A stretch of 64,000 nt of DNA from Acidobacteriota bacterium (GCA_021826695.1 JAKAYS010000001.1:7175-71174), one strand, 5' to 3'. Shown: positions 10,567 to 20,879, counted from the first letter of the stretch. Numbers and translations are program-made. Notes: generated from the letters alone by a model not told the origin.

Positions 10567-10973
10567 TCAGATCTCCTTCGATCCATCAGTTGTAAAAGCC
10601 TTCACTATAACGGGTCTTCCTTCTTCATCCTGCACAACCAGCACAAATCTGATTTCAGCGCATAGCCTGCGTTCACCCGGTAAGAGGTTTCCCGCAAAGA
10701 GGGTCACAACCACAGTCATCGAACTTCGCCCGGTCGAGATGACGGTGCGGTCATCTCGATCAGGTTTCCGTGATGGACGGCATTCTTGAAGTCAACCCGC
10801 TCCGAGCAGGCGGTAACGACCGTGCGCCGCGAGTAGCGCCAGGCGGCTGCAACAAACGCGGCTTTGTCCATCAACGGCAGAGCATGGCCACCGAACAGCG
10901 TGCCGTAGTGATTTGTCTGATCGGGAGAGACCATCTCGATCATGGGGACAGCTTGCGGAGAATCATGGCTCAT
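10567..10973 (-). pseudogene. Hotdog-fold acyl-CoA thioesterase interrupted by a 1-nt frameshift near 10744-10745 (or an assembly error)
   Basis: Frame 1 gives MSHDSP...TNHYGTLFGGHALPLMDKAAF...VDFKNAVHHGNLIEMTA, then a premature stop. A shifted frame continues VISTGRSSMTVVVTLFAGNLLPGERRLCAEIRFVLVVQDEEGRPV and ends at a TGA directly abutting the metE ATG. Confidence 0.7.
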
Positions 10974-11044
10974 AAGCCGAGAACCTTTCCGGTCCCGGAG
11001 CGATCGACAGGGAAAAACAGCGGTGGAGAGAAAACGCTGTCATC

Positions 11045-11265
11045 GCCCGGCCTTCCCCTCGGAGGCGTGTGCGTCCTTGCCCGGTATGGGCAGGCTCATC
11101 GGCAGGTCTTCGGACTTGCAGGCTACCTACTTGCTCCGGCTTCCCGGTCCATGGCTGAACCAGTGCTTATCTCGAAGCGTTTGTTCCTGCTTACCGCTGC
11201 GGGGCAGTTCCGGATTCTCACCGGATTCCCTTTTCAGCCCGATCTCGCAATCAGGCACCGTGAAG
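11045..11265 (-). promoter_or_regulatory. Cobalamin (B12) riboswitch, leader of the thioesterase-metE operon
   Basis: Minus-strand reading shows GGTGCCTGATTGC...AAAAGGGAATCCGGTGAGAATCCGGAACTGCCCCGCAGCGGTAAGCAGGAAC and the B12 box AGTCCGAAGACCTGCC. Confidence 0.88.
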
Positions 11266-11323
11266 TGCTTCCAGTATAGCTTGCGGAGAGAGACGGCGGA
11301 ATTGAGTTCTGTCGTCTCTCTGA

Positions 11324-12346
11324 TTAGAAGTCCTCATGGAAGGCGACTTCTCCCGCGACCGCAACCTGATAGGCGGAGACGCGGCGTTCAAAGAAATTGG
11401 TTAGCTCCTGCACATCCTGCAGCTCCATGAATGCAAATGGGTTTTTCGACCCAAAGATGGGCTTCATCCCCAATCGAACAACGCGGGAGTCAGCCACGTA
11501 TTCCAGGTATTGCTGCATTTCGCGAACCGAGAGCCCGGCCACGCCGCCGGAGAGCAGGTCCTCGGCGAACTGCAACTCACAGTCCACGGCTTCGCGCATC
11601 ATCTCGACAATGTCTGCCTCCAGCTGAGCGTCAAAGATCTCCGGATGTTGCTTGCGGACTACATTGACGACTTCAAAGGCGAACTCGAGATGGCAACTCT
11701 CATCGCGGAAGACCCAATTGGTTCCCGCCGCAAGACCATTCAAGAGACCTCGGGAGCGTAGGAAGTAGACATAGGCGAAGGCCGCAAAGAAGAAGAGGCC
11801 TTCGATGCACCCCGCGAAGCAAATAAGATTTAGCAAAAACTGCTTCTGCTCCTCCGGCGTTCGCAGTTCATCGAGCTTTTGAATGGAGTCCATCCACTTC
11901 ATACAGAATTCCGCTTTCTTCGTGATGCTCGGAATATTTTCGACGGCGGCAAATGCTGCTGCTCTCGCATCTGGATCGGGAACGTAGTTGTCCAGCAACG
12001 TCAGATAAAACTGGACATGCACGGCCTCTTCAAAGAGTTGGCGTGAAAGATAGAGCCTGGCTTCCGGAGAATTGATGTGCTTGTAGAGATTGAGCACCAG
12101 ATTATTCGAGACGATCGAATCTCCGGTGGCGAAGAAAGCAATCAGCCGTTGAATCAGATGAATCTCGGCCAACGTGAGTCGCGAGCGCAGATCCACCAAG
12201 TCCGTGGAAAAATCTACTTCTTCCACCGTCCAGGTGTTGCGAATGCCATCCTTGAACATTTCAAAGAAAACGGGGTACTGCATCGGTCTCAGCGTGAGCG
12301 AAAGACCGGGATCGAGAATCGAACTGGGGGCTTGATTCATGGACAT
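11324..12346 (-). CDS. nrdB: Class Ia ribonucleotide reductase beta subunit
   Basis: 340 aa with a ferritin-like di-iron pattern (FFATGDSIV, EEAVHVQFY, FEGLFFFAAFAY, DESCHLEF). Confidence 0.92.
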   Translation of the reverse strand: MSMNQAPSSILDPGLSLTLRPMQYPVFFEMFKDGIRNTWTVEEVDFSTDLVDLRSRLTLAEIHLIQRLIAFFATGDSIVSNNLVLNLYKHINSPEARLYLSRQLFEEAVHVQFYLTLLDNYVPDPDARAAAFAAVENIPSITKKAEFCMKWMDSIQKLDELRTPEEQKQFLLNLICFAGCIEGLFFFAAFAYVYFLRSRGLLNGLAAGTNWVFRDESCHLEFAFEVVNVVRKQHPEIFDAQLEADIVEMMREAVDCELQFAEDLLSGGVAGLSVREMQQYLEYVADSRVVRLGMKPIFGSKNPFAFMELQDVQELTNFFERRVSAYQVAVAGEVAFHEDF

Positions 12347-12358
12347 CGCAATCTCCGT

Positions 12359-14755
12359 TTACTGGCAGGCCTCACAGGCCTCCGGGTTATCGAACGAGCA
12401 GGCCACTGCCGCGCCTGCGGGTGGTAGTGCGGTATCGCGATTCCCAACTGCGACAGTCGTCTTGGCGATCTTTGTGGCGGGGCGGGAACGCAGGTAGTAC
12501 GTCGTCTTGATGCCTTGCTTCCACGCATACATGTACATCGAACTCAACCTGCCGATGTTGGGAGATTCCGCAAAGAGGTTCAATGATTGGCTCTGGTCGA
12601 TGAAGGCGCCACGCTCCGCTGCCATATCAATCAGCGAGCGCATGGGCACCTCCCAAACCGTCCGATAGACGAGCTTCACTTCCTCTGGAATCTCGGCGAT
12701 CTTCTGAACGGAACCCTCCGCAAGCTTGATCCGCGAGCGCATCTCTTCAGACCAGAGGCCAAGCTGCTTTAGTTCCGTTACCAGATACTTGTTGATCTGC
12801 ATGAATTCTCCGGAGAGGGTCTCGCGCTTGAACATATTCGATATCTGTGGCTCGATGCACTCATAGCAGCCGACAATCGACGCAATCGTGGCAGTCGGCG
12901 CGATCGCAATCAACAGAGAATTACGTAGCCCCACCACCTTCATGCGCTCGCGTAGCGAATCCCAACGTTGTGGGTCCTGTGGAGTGATGCCCCACAAGTC
13001 GAATTGAAATTCGCCCTGCGCAGCGCGGGTCTCCTGAAAGGCTGCATGGGGCCCAAGGGCCTGGGCAAGCTCGCACGATGCCGTGAGTGCGTGGAAATAA
13101 ATCTCTTCCTGGATCTTTGCCGACAGTGCGCGGGCTTCCGGCGAGTCGAACGACAGCCGCAACTGAAAGTAGACATCCTGGAGGCCCATCACTCCGAGAC
13201 CGACAGGACGCCAGCGGCGATTGGCCGCTGCCGCCTGCTGCACCGGGTAATAGTTAATGTCGATGACGCGGTCCAGCATCGGAACAGCCTGTCGCACCGT
13301 GGCCGCCAGCTTCTCAAAGTCGAAGGCGCCGCCCGCCACATGTCTCGCCAGATTGATGGAGCCGAGGTTGCAAACGGCTGTCTCGGCCTGAGAGGTCACC
13401 TCCGTGATTTCCGTACAGAGATTGGAGAGATGAACGATGTTGCCGGACTGCCCGGTCTGATTGCACTTCAGATTGCAGGCATCCTTGAAGACCATCCATC
13501 CATTTCCGGTCTCAGCAAGAGTGCGCATCATCCGTGCGTAGAGATCCCGCGCCTTGACTTGCTTGCTATAGAGATGCCTTTCTTCAGCCTCCACATAAGC
13601 CTTGTCGAATGCCTCTCCATAAAGGTCGGTGAGATGCGGAACCATCTTGGGATCGAAGAGCGACCACATGCCGTCTTCGTCAGAGCGGCGCATGAAGAGA
13701 TCGGGAATCCAATTGGCAAGATTCAGGTTGTAGGTGCGGCGTGCCTGATCGCCTGTATTGTCCCGCATCTCGAGAAACGACTCGACGTCCGCATGCCAGG
13801 GTTCGAGGTAGACGCAACAGGCTCCCTTGCGCTTACCGCCCTGATTCACCGCCGCGACCGAAGAGTCGAGCGTTCGCAGCCAAGGCACGATGCCGTTCGA
13901 TAAGCCATTGGTTGCCCGGATCAGCGAACCCTCCGAACGAATACGATGAAAGGCCAGCCCAATACCACCCGAAAACTTGGAGAGCAGAGCGATCTGTTTG
14001 TATGCATCGTAAATAGACTCAAGGGAATCGAGGGGCGAATCCAGTAAATAGCAGGACGACATCTGCGAATGTTTCGTGCCGCTGTTGAATAAGGTTGGTG
14101 AACTCGGTAGATAATCGTGCGAGGCAAGCAGCTTGTAAAACTCGACCGCCTCATTCACCCGCACGGACAATCCGACTGCAACCCGCATGAAAAAATATTG
14201 TGGGGTCTCGATCACCTGACGCGTAATGGGATGACGCAACAGATAGCGGTCATAGACGGTGCGCAGTCCGAAGTATTCAAAGCGATCGGACAACCTGTCG
14301 TCAATGGCGCTGTTCAGCTTGCGAGCATTGGTTGCAGCGAAATTGGCTGCATCCTTGGAAATAACACCTTCGCGATGCCCCGCCTCGATGGACTGCGAGA
14401 AGGAGTAAATGTTCTGTCCGGCAACTTCCTTCGCAATGGTGCCCAGCAACAGGCGCACTGCGAGCCTGGAATACTCCGGCTCCTCGGCAATGAGCGAAGC
14501 TGCAGTCTGGATCGAAATGGCATCGAGTTCGCGCGTCGAGGCTCCATCGAACAAACCGCCAATGGTCTTGCTGGCAACGCGGATCGAATCGACGTGCGAT
14601 AACCCGTGGCAGCAACGCTCGACCGCACGAACAATTTTGTTTACGTCAACGGGTTCCAGAGAGCCATTGCGCTTCCGCACCTGCATCTGGGGCGCGACTT
14701 CGGCTGGAGGGAAGTAGGGATCGAGATCGGCAAGCGTCGTCTGGAGAGTAGCCAT
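12359..14755 (-). CDS. nrdA: Class Ia ribonucleotide reductase alpha subunit. The ORF track starts at GTG 14833; ATG 14755 (MATLQTT) is the more likely start.
   Basis: ATP-cone (VRKRNGSLEPVDVNKIVRAV), catalytic-region motifs (NLCTEI, SCYLLD) and C-terminal CxxC tail (CEACQ). Confidence 0.93.
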   Translation of the reverse strand: MATLQTTLADLDPYFPPAEVAPQMQVRKRNGSLEPVDVNKIVRAVERCCHGLSHVDSIRVASKTIGGLFDGASTRELDAISIQTAASLIAEEPEYSRLAVRLLLGTIAKEVAGQNIYSFSQSIEAGHREGVISKDAANFAATNARKLNSAIDDRLSDRFEYFGLRTVYDRYLLRHPITRQVIETPQYFFMRVAVGLSVRVNEAVEFYKLLASHDYLPSSPTLFNSGTKHSQMSSCYLLDSPLDSLESIYDAYKQIALLSKFSGGIGLAFHRIRSEGSLIRATNGLSNGIVPWLRTLDSSVAAVNQGGKRKGACCVYLEPWHADVESFLEMRDNTGDQARRTYNLNLANWIPDLFMRRSDEDGMWSLFDPKMVPHLTDLYGEAFDKAYVEAEERHLYSKQVKARDLYARMMRTLAETGNGWMVFKDACNLKCNQTGQSGNIVHLSNLCTEITEVTSQAETAVCNLGSINLARHVAGGAFDFEKLAATVRQAVPMLDRVIDINYYPVQQAAAANRRWRPVGLGVMGLQDVYFQLRLSFDSPEARALSAKIQEEIYFHALTASCELAQALGPHAAFQETRAAQGEFQFDLWGITPQDPQRWDSLRERMKVVGLRNSLLIAIAPTATIASIVGCYECIEPQISNMFKRETLSGEFMQINKYLVTELKQLGLWSEEMRSRIKLAEGSVQKIAEIPEEVKLVYRTVWEVPMRSLIDMAAERGAFIDQSQSLNLFAESPNIGRLSSMYMYAWKQGIKTTYYLRSRPATKIAKTTVAVGNRDTALPPAGAAVACSFDNPEACEACQ

Positions 14756-14833
14756 CAGGTAACCTTTCGGCTCCGAAGGCGACAGACGGGAAATAAGTGG
14801 GAGGCCTGATCGTAGACAGCCAACCATCATCAC

Positions 14834-15055
14834 CCGGCCTTCCCCTCGGAGGCGTGTGTGTTCGTGCCTGGTATGGGCACGACTTCTTGGCAGGTCTTCG
14901 GACTTACAGGCTACCTACTTGCTCCGGCTTCCCAGTCCATGGCTGAACCAGTGCTTTCGGTTGGAGCGTTCGTTCCTGCATACCGCTGCGGGGCAGTTCC
15001 GGATTCTCACCGGATTCCCTTTTCAGCCCGATCTTGCAATCGAGCACCATGAAGT
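14834..15055 (-). promoter_or_regulatory. Cobalamin (B12) riboswitch, leader of nrdAB; close paralogue of the 11045-11265 copy
   Basis: Same core (AAAAGGGAATCCGGTGAGAATCCGGAACTGCCCCGCAGCGGTATGCAGGAAC) and B12 box (AGTCCGAAGACCTGCC) read on the minus strand. Also shares the downstream platform CACACGCCTCCGAGGGGAAGGCCGGG. Confidence 0.88.
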
Positions 15056-15753
15056 ATAACCACTATATCAAGGGCCTACGATGTGGTCAAGCCCCACATC
15101 TTGGGATACCTGTGCAAATCTTCTCGATCTATAATATCCAAGCCTGCAAACGGGAACTCAAAGAGCTGTTTGAATCTCAATGAAGGATTGGAAGCAGTTT
15201 GCCATGAACCCGGACAAACTCATCGGCTGCTTCGACCACTACCTCACGCTGGTCGTCAACCCGAATTCCAGCGAAAGGTGGAACAGCGAATGTTGAGAAG
15301 CTGGTTCGCACCCTGACGGAAGACATTCCGCCGCTGCTTTCATCTGCGTTCGCTTGAACGATACGACCCGATGCATGCACTTGAAAAAGTCTGGACTGAT
15401 CTAATCAAATTTAAGAACGATGAGTGGAAGCCTACAGACAACGCTATTGTAGTTCCGAAAAAGACAGCTGCCCGTATGAGACAGGCGATAACTTTTGAAC
15501 TATTTGTTCGTGCGAAGGGACAATCGCACCCTGACCGTGGACGGCTTTCTGAATTCCCTGTGGATCAGGACAGAAACGCGCTGGAATGTGCGCCAGGACA
15601 TGACTAGAAGCTTCTGTGATGCGTTGTCTGATGCGGCCGACCGCGATTTAACGTACTTGCAGGGATACCCCACTTCATTCATGTTTCCCCTTGCTCGTGC
15701 AATGGTCGAACGAAATTTCTCGACGGCACTATCTGCGCAGCCACTCTCAGTTC

Positions 15754-16527
15754 TTAATTGAGCTTCAGCAAGTAAGAATAGGAGACCGAGTCTGCTTCAT
15801 GTGTGGTCACTAAATAGTATGCCCCTGGAGCTAAGGGCCGGAGATCAAGGCGCACAGAAAGACGCGTCTCCGCTCCCTGAGCGTTAGCGACTGCTCTGCC
15901 TTCCGCTTTGACCGATGTCGCTTGCCGGTCTGTAGTTACGGAAACCCGATACGTGCCAGGAGGGCTGTAATAAGGAAGTGTTAAGCGAAGATCAATCAGT
16001 TTCCGTGGCAGTGAGTATTCTCCAGGCGAGGGGGCGCGGGATCCTCGAAGTCCTCCGCTTTGGCTGAGATCGAGCACTTCCGAAACCGCTTGTTCCTCCT
16101 TTCTTGCGCTGCGTAATTGACTTCTCCAGCCAAGCCCAATGACAAGCAGAACACAACCGAATGCCAATGTCCAAGCCCAAATCATCCAACGGCGACCACC
16201 GGAATGGATAACGGGCAAAAGCGCAGAAGGCAACTGAGGTACATCCGTGATTTGGCGGCTCTGACGAAGAGCCATCAGGTCCCGCGTGCATTCCGCACAT
16301 TTGAATACGTGGAGATATTTTGGATCCGCGAGATCCAGATTTTCGGGACCAGAAACAAACTCCTCGAGTGTTTGCCGATCGAGGCATCCGATGCGCAGAG
16401 GATTGGGATAATGTTCCAACACGTAGTCCTGCAGCGTGTCGAAGAGGAGAGTATCGTTCTCGTCGTTATTTGGATAAGACTGACGCTCGTTCACAAAATC
16501 CTTTCCATGATTTCCGATAACGCTCAA
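15754..16527 (-). CDS. Putative single-pass membrane anti-sigma factor
   Basis: Cys/His-containing cytoplasmic N-domain (HVFKCAECTRDL) and one hydrophobic helix (WMIWAWTLAFGCVLLVIGLGW). Lies 7 nt downstream of a sigma-like gene. Confidence 0.45.
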   Translation of the reverse strand: MSVIGNHGKDFVNERQSYPNNDENDTLLFDTLQDYVLEHYPNPLRIGCLDRQTLEEFVSGPENLDLADPKYLHVFKCAECTRDLMALRQSRQITDVPQLPSALLPVIHSGGRRWMIWAWTLAFGCVLLVIGLGWRSQLRSARKEEQAVSEVLDLSQSGGLRGSRAPSPGEYSLPRKLIDLRLTLPYYSPPGTYRVSVTTDRQATSVKAEGRAVANAQGAETRLSVRLDLRPLAPGAYYLVTTHEADSVSYSYLLKLN

Positions 16528-16534
16528 TGTGGGC

Positions 16535-17113
16535 TTATGTCGAGCGATCCGGAATACCGAGTCTTTGACGGATTCGCTTCAACTCGCGTCGACAGCTTTT
16601 GCGAACCGCATCTTCGGTCGTGGCCATTCTATCCGCAACTTCGCTCCAGCGAGCGCAGCTTCCATAGCGCATCAATAGCGCAACGCGCAGTTCAGGACGT
16701 GTATCGCGAAGCATCGCTTCCAGATCAAGCTCTGCTTCAACATGGGCAAAGTCGTTCGCCGCAGTAATATCCGGCGTCGACTCAAGTGCGGAACCGGGAT
16801 AGGAAAGGCGCTTACTGGCATCTCTCCTCCGCCTCACTTCCAAACTATAAAAATGGCTCAGAATCGCGCGAGTATCTTCCACCCCGATGGGGCCGCCATC
16901 GGCGAGACGATTCACGGTCCGGTCAATCGCCTGCTCCATCATTTCCGAAACCAATGCGTCGTCGCCCTGCTGCGCAATCGCTGTCCGCGTGGCCTCCTGC
17001 CAGTTCAGCTCGACGGCAGTTCGTACAACCGGGCCGATCCATGGTTGCTGCGAAGGGATCTTCATAACCCAGCAATGGTCAGAGGGGAAGGGTGCTGCCA
17101 TAACATCTCCCAC
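16535..17113 (-). CDS. Divergent ECF-type sigma-70-like protein (region 4 HTH recognisable)
   Basis: C-terminal RVALLMRYGSCARWSEVADRMATTEDAVRKSCRRELKRIRQRL resembles sigma region 4. Confidence 0.5.
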   Translation of the reverse strand: MGDVMAAPFPSDHCWVMKIPSQQPWIGPVVRTAVELNWQEATRTAIAQQGDDALVSEMMEQAIDRTVNRLADGGPIGVEDTRAILSHFYSLEVRRRRDASKRLSYPGSALESTPDITAANDFAHVEAELDLEAMLRDTRPELRVALLMRYGSCARWSEVADRMATTEDAVRKSCRRELKRIRQRLGIPDRST

Positions 17114-17262
17114 AACAGGGATTGCTCACACCCATGTCCGAAGGCGGGCTGGGCCTATAAGCGTACGAGAAGTCACCACAAAAATCCACACATCTGTCCG
17201 ATTTCTCACTTTTCCACAGGCTTTATATGTAGAGGGGTTTTTGCCCCTCGCTCTCCTCGTAG

Positions 17263-18015
17263 TTGGAGGTGTGCATGGGACTGGATCATCCCCTCACAGA
17301 ACATTCCCGGACATGGGGGCCTGAAGCGCGGGCCCTGGCAGCCCAGGCACAGGTGTTGTCAGGAATCAAGCTCGACCAACTGGTTCGCCGCTTGCAACGC
17401 CAGACAGGGCAGTCGCGCGAAGCATGTTGGCGCTTTGTCATCCAGCATGGATTAAAAGGAAGGGTGGAATACCGCCGGTGGAGCGAAGAGGAGATCGAAG
17501 AAGTTCGTGAAGAACTGGTGAAGCATTCTGTCGAAGAGGTAGCGAAAAAGATGAAGCGCAGCGCCAAGGCCATACGTTGCATGTTGCACAGGAACAATCT
17601 GACCGTACGCGAGATCCGGTGCGATTGCTTCTCAGTCGAGGCCCTCGCGAACGTCCTACGCATTCGCAAGATAGAGATTCTGCATTGGATCGAACAGAAG
17701 TGGTTGCAACCGACGGTTCGCACGATGGGGAAAAAGCAGTTCTATACCATCAGCCCCGAGGCCTTCCTCTTGCTTTACAAACACCATCTGCACGACCTTC
17801 TGGAACAACGACGGGTCCCGAACCTGGCCATGTTTGAGGCGTTTTACCAATACTGCTACACGCCCAAGCACACGGTAGGCGAACAGTTGCTCGATGTGCG
17901 CCGGGACAAGCGAGAGCGCGCGGCTTATGCCGCGCTGCAAATGGGAGAAGAGAACGAGGAAGATGCGAAGGAGGATTTCAATGCGGAAGCAGATAGAGAA
18001 TTCGCGGAAGACTGA
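17263..18015 (+). CDS. Hypothetical protein with probable HTH segments and an acidic tail
   Basis: 250-aa ORF. Segments VEEVAKKMKRSAKAIRCMLHRN and FSVEALANVLRIRKIEILHWIEQKWL look HTH-like. Start uncertain (ATG at 17275 possible). Confidence 0.4.
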   Translation: MEVCMGLDHPLTEHSRTWGPEARALAAQAQVLSGIKLDQLVRRLQRQTGQSREACWRFVIQHGLKGRVEYRRWSEEEIEEVREELVKHSVEEVAKKMKRSAKAIRCMLHRNNLTVREIRCDCFSVEALANVLRIRKIEILHWIEQKWLQPTVRTMGKKQFYTISPEAFLLLYKHHLHDLLEQRRVPNLAMFEAFYQYCYTPKHTVGEQLLDVRRDKRERAAYAALQMGEENEEDAKEDFNAEADREFAED

Positions 18016-18339
18016 AGAGACAACCGTCGGAAACCGGTGCCCACATTGTGGCGCCCAGACAACGCAGCCGGCAGGAACGCGGGACATCGTGATCGATATT
18101 CTTGGTTGTCTACTGCTACTGGCGGTCTTGGTGCCACTAGCATATTTCGGCAGTTGCTGGTTGAATCAGCAACTCCAGGCTCATGCCTCACACTTTCTGT
18201 GGCATGAGCCACTCGACTATTGGAATCTCCGCTGAATCGTTCCTGCAAGATGACTCGTCATACATTCAGTCGTTCAGCTCTACGCGAGAGGTCAAGCCAC
18301 GAGAGAACTACGAGTGATACCCTCGAAATCGGAGGAACT

Positions 18340-18591
18340 ATGAGCCTACAAGGTGCAGTTGCTGAACTCGATAAGACGATTGCTGAACTGAATAAGGAGA
18401 TCGAACGTCTGACAAGGATTCGCAGCTCGCTATTTTCAGGAGTGCCAACTCCTGGAACGCTAAGACCGCAGCCTGTCGTCCAATCCGCTGTTCCGGTTAA
18501 GAAGAAAAGAACGCTCTCCGCGGAAGGCAGGAAGAATATATTGGAAGCGAACAAACGCAGATGGGCTGCGGTCAAGAAAGCGAAAAAATAG
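18340..18591 (+). CDS. Small hypothetical protein (coiled-coil N-terminus, Lys/Arg-rich C-terminus)
   Basis: MSLQGAVAELDKTIAELNKEIERL...KKKRTLSAEGRKNILEANKRRWAAVKKAKK. Internal ATG of the 18220 ORF chosen as start. Confidence 0.35.
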   Translation: MSLQGAVAELDKTIAELNKEIERLTRIRSSLFSGVPTPGTLRPQPVVQSAVPVKKKRTLSAEGRKNILEANKRRWAAVKKAKK

Positions 18592-18726
18592 TTTAATAGG
18601 TTTTCAAAAGCTCGGTTACAGAGCAGCCACGGTTGATTGCACGGCTCCAATGATCCAATGCCGCACCTTGCCTCTCGCCCATTCTCTTAGGTTGAGGTTG
18701 TGTGCTTTGGACACCATCCGCGGGCA

Positions 18727-19185
18727 CTACGCTGCACACCGGAGTGCAAGGAAGCGTTTCTGTGCTTCAGTGTATGCGAGCGCGTCGGCGCGGTCTTGCA
18801 GCCGGTGGCCGCTATGACCACGAACCCACGTCCAGCGTATATCGTTCTCTTTCTCCAGTTGAAGCAGCTCCCGCCACAACCCTTGATGCTGGAGAGGCAG
18901 ACCACGCCGGTTTCGCCATCCCTGGTTTCTCCATCGGGTTGCGAGGTACTTCATCCCGCGAATCAGGTAATCAGAGTCGGAGCACAGGTTTACTTTGGAG
19001 CCTGCGGGAATCGAACGAAGTGCCTGAATCGCCGCCATAAGTTCCATCTCTGAAATCGTGGTCCAGGAACAGGCGCCAGAAATCTCCCACTGCATATGTC
19101 CGCTCGTGAGAACCGCAGCCCAACCACCGGGCCCGGGGTTCCCGATCGCGGAACCGTCCGTAACGATATAAAATTTCTGATTCAT
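18727..19185 (-). CDS. rnhA: Ribonuclease HI
   Basis: IVTDGSAIGNPGPGGWAAVL, EMELMAAIQAL, CSDSDYL, WTWVRGHSGHRLQDRADALA; 152 aa. Confidence 0.9.
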   Translation of the reverse strand: MNQKFYIVTDGSAIGNPGPGGWAAVLTSGHMQWEISGACSWTTISEMELMAAIQALRSIPAGSKVNLCSDSDYLIRGMKYLATRWRNQGWRNRRGLPLQHQGLWRELLQLEKENDIRWTWVRGHSGHRLQDRADALAYTEAQKRFLALRCAA

Positions 19186-19380
19186 GAAAAAACTCTCTGC
19201 CGCAGATAAGGGCTCGCGGCCTCAGATGGTCCTGCATTTTGGTCTTGATTTGAGAAACGGGCGGGAGACTCGCTATCGACAACGGAAGAACATCAGGGGA
19301 ACACCATTACTTAGATTTCATTGAAAAGGGCCGGATCAATAGTGCAAAGGAGCTTTTGCAACATTTGACACTGGTGACGC

Positions 19381-20529
19381 GTGGCACAACGTCCGGATTG
19401 CCGACGTCCAGAAGTGGCGGATTGTCGGTGTCCTCGCTTTGGCCACGATGAGCAATATGGAACATCCTTATCGTCGTACTTGTGCTCGAATGTAAGATCG
19501 CTTGCTTATCCGGCGTGGCGGCGGGTAAACGGCGCGGGGCGCAACAAGCGCAACGGCGTTCGCGAGGTCAGCGACGAGATGGCTCAAGCCTTCGCGGACA
19601 ACGAAGCCAAGCGGCGCACTAAGGTTCAACACACGCTTGGCATTCGGGTTTTGAAGCCGATTGAAGTCAAACCTTCCGAAGAAAGAACGGTTCCCTTTAT
19701 CAGTGATTCCACCATCCGGTTTGAGATGTCCATATTCGGCGCGGTGATGAACTACGCCATCAAGAAGCGTTATGTTCCCGCAAGCCAGCGTTTCGACGAG
19801 CGCCCCAAGCTCAAGACGATGCGGCGCGACGAGTTCACGCTGGAGGAATACCGCAAGCTCCACACTGTAGGCCGCAAGTGGATTGGTGAGGCGGACAAGC
19901 CTTCGAGCGTTTGGTATCGCACCGTCACCTACAACATGATTCTGATTGCCTGCAATACCGGCATGAGGCCAGCGGAGATGAAGAATCTGCGCTGGCGCGA
20001 CATCATGCCTGCCAAAGACCGTGAGGGCCGCGAGATTGTTGTGCTGTTTGTACAGGGCAAGGGCAAGTCACGCAAGCTGGTAGCTCCAAAAAGCGTGGGA
20101 GATTATTTAGAACGCATCCGCGCTATCTCGAAAGCAACGCAACCAGAGGATAGAGTCTTTACCAATGTCACGGGCAAGCCCGCAAAGACTCTCTACAATT
20201 CCCTGATTGCCGATCTTCTAAACGAAGCGAATCTACGCGAAGGAACGCAAGGCGTTCCGCGCTCCACTTATTGCTTCCGGCACACCTATGCCACGCTCCG
20301 CTTGCAGGAAGGCGTGGACGTGTATTTCCTCGCCGAGCAGATGGAAACTTCCATCCACATGATTGAGCAGCACTACGGGCATGTGAACACCATCAAGCAC
20401 GCCGACCGCGTGTTGCAGGGCATGGCGGGATGGGATCTGCCGCAGCCGGACGACGCCAAAGCCAAGGCGTCGAAAGCGGCGGAGATTCACGATAAAGGTA
20501 AGCGAGGTCAGCGCCACAAGCCGCGCTGA
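19381..20529 (+). CDS. Tyrosine site-specific recombinase (phage-integrase family). The N-terminal part of the ORF looks non-coding, so the protein may be shorter or N-terminally truncated (ATG at about 19579).
   Basis: Catalytic domain motifs (TGMRPAEMKNLRWRDI, CFRHTYATLRLQEGVDVYFLAEQMETSIHMIEQHYGH). Confidence 0.8.
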   Translation: MAQRPDCRRPEVADCRCPRFGHDEQYGTSLSSYLCSNVRSLAYPAWRRVNGAGRNKRNGVREVSDEMAQAFADNEAKRRTKVQHTLGIRVLKPIEVKPSEERTVPFISDSTIRFEMSIFGAVMNYAIKKRYVPASQRFDERPKLKTMRRDEFTLEEYRKLHTVGRKWIGEADKPSSVWYRTVTYNMILIACNTGMRPAEMKNLRWRDIMPAKDREGREIVVLFVQGKGKSRKLVAPKSVGDYLERIRAISKATQPEDRVFTNVTGKPAKTLYNSLIADLLNEANLREGTQGVPRSTYCFRHTYATLRLQEGVDVYFLAEQMETSIHMIEQHYGHVNTIKHADRVLQGMAGWDLPQPDDAKAKASKAAEIHDKGKRGQRHKPR

Positions 20530-20879
20530 CCCTGAACCTCCCGAAGCCGTTTTTGGCCGGAGCCGCTGGCCGAGGCTGGCGCAGGGAGTTCAATATCTAA
20601 CTCATCTCTTCGGATATTGGTTTCGATTTGCCGCAGCCCCGCCGGGGCGTTCTTAGCGGCAAATCCCCGCGCACGAGCCGCCGCTGGCGGCTGTTCTTAG
20701 TGCGCTTTGTGTGGGATATATGTCGATGCGAGAAACCCAGAGGTTCCCAGGGACGTGACCGCACGGATGCTGCCTCGCTGTTGAGCCATCTCCCTCAGAT
20801 GCTTGCATTACTATGGATGTCAAGCCAAGTTGCGCCACTTTCAACTACAAATGAACAGCCTTGTGCAGAAGGATGTGAG

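Noticed and set aside
15083-15761. Several short overlapping ORFs (15083-15316, 15179-15295, 15371-15607, 15495-15761) in a visibly lower-GC stretch between the nrd riboswitch and the anti-sigma gene.
   Set aside because: They have no recognisable motifs, conflict with each other in frame and include possible broken frames. This could be a decayed remnant or small genes, but I cannot support any call.
17894-18235. 113-aa ORF with CPHCG zinc-ribbon-like motif and a hydrophobic helix, overlapping the end of the 17263-18015 gene.
   Set aside because: Only the last roughly 80 codons are non-overlapping and the evidence is a single short motif. Left unannotated.
20628-20879. Upstream extension of the DUF262 ORF (start at 20628).
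   Set aside because: The translation is low-complexity Arg/Ser-rich. The recognisable DUF262 N-terminus (MSIVNLLNQIK...) begins at ATG 20880.
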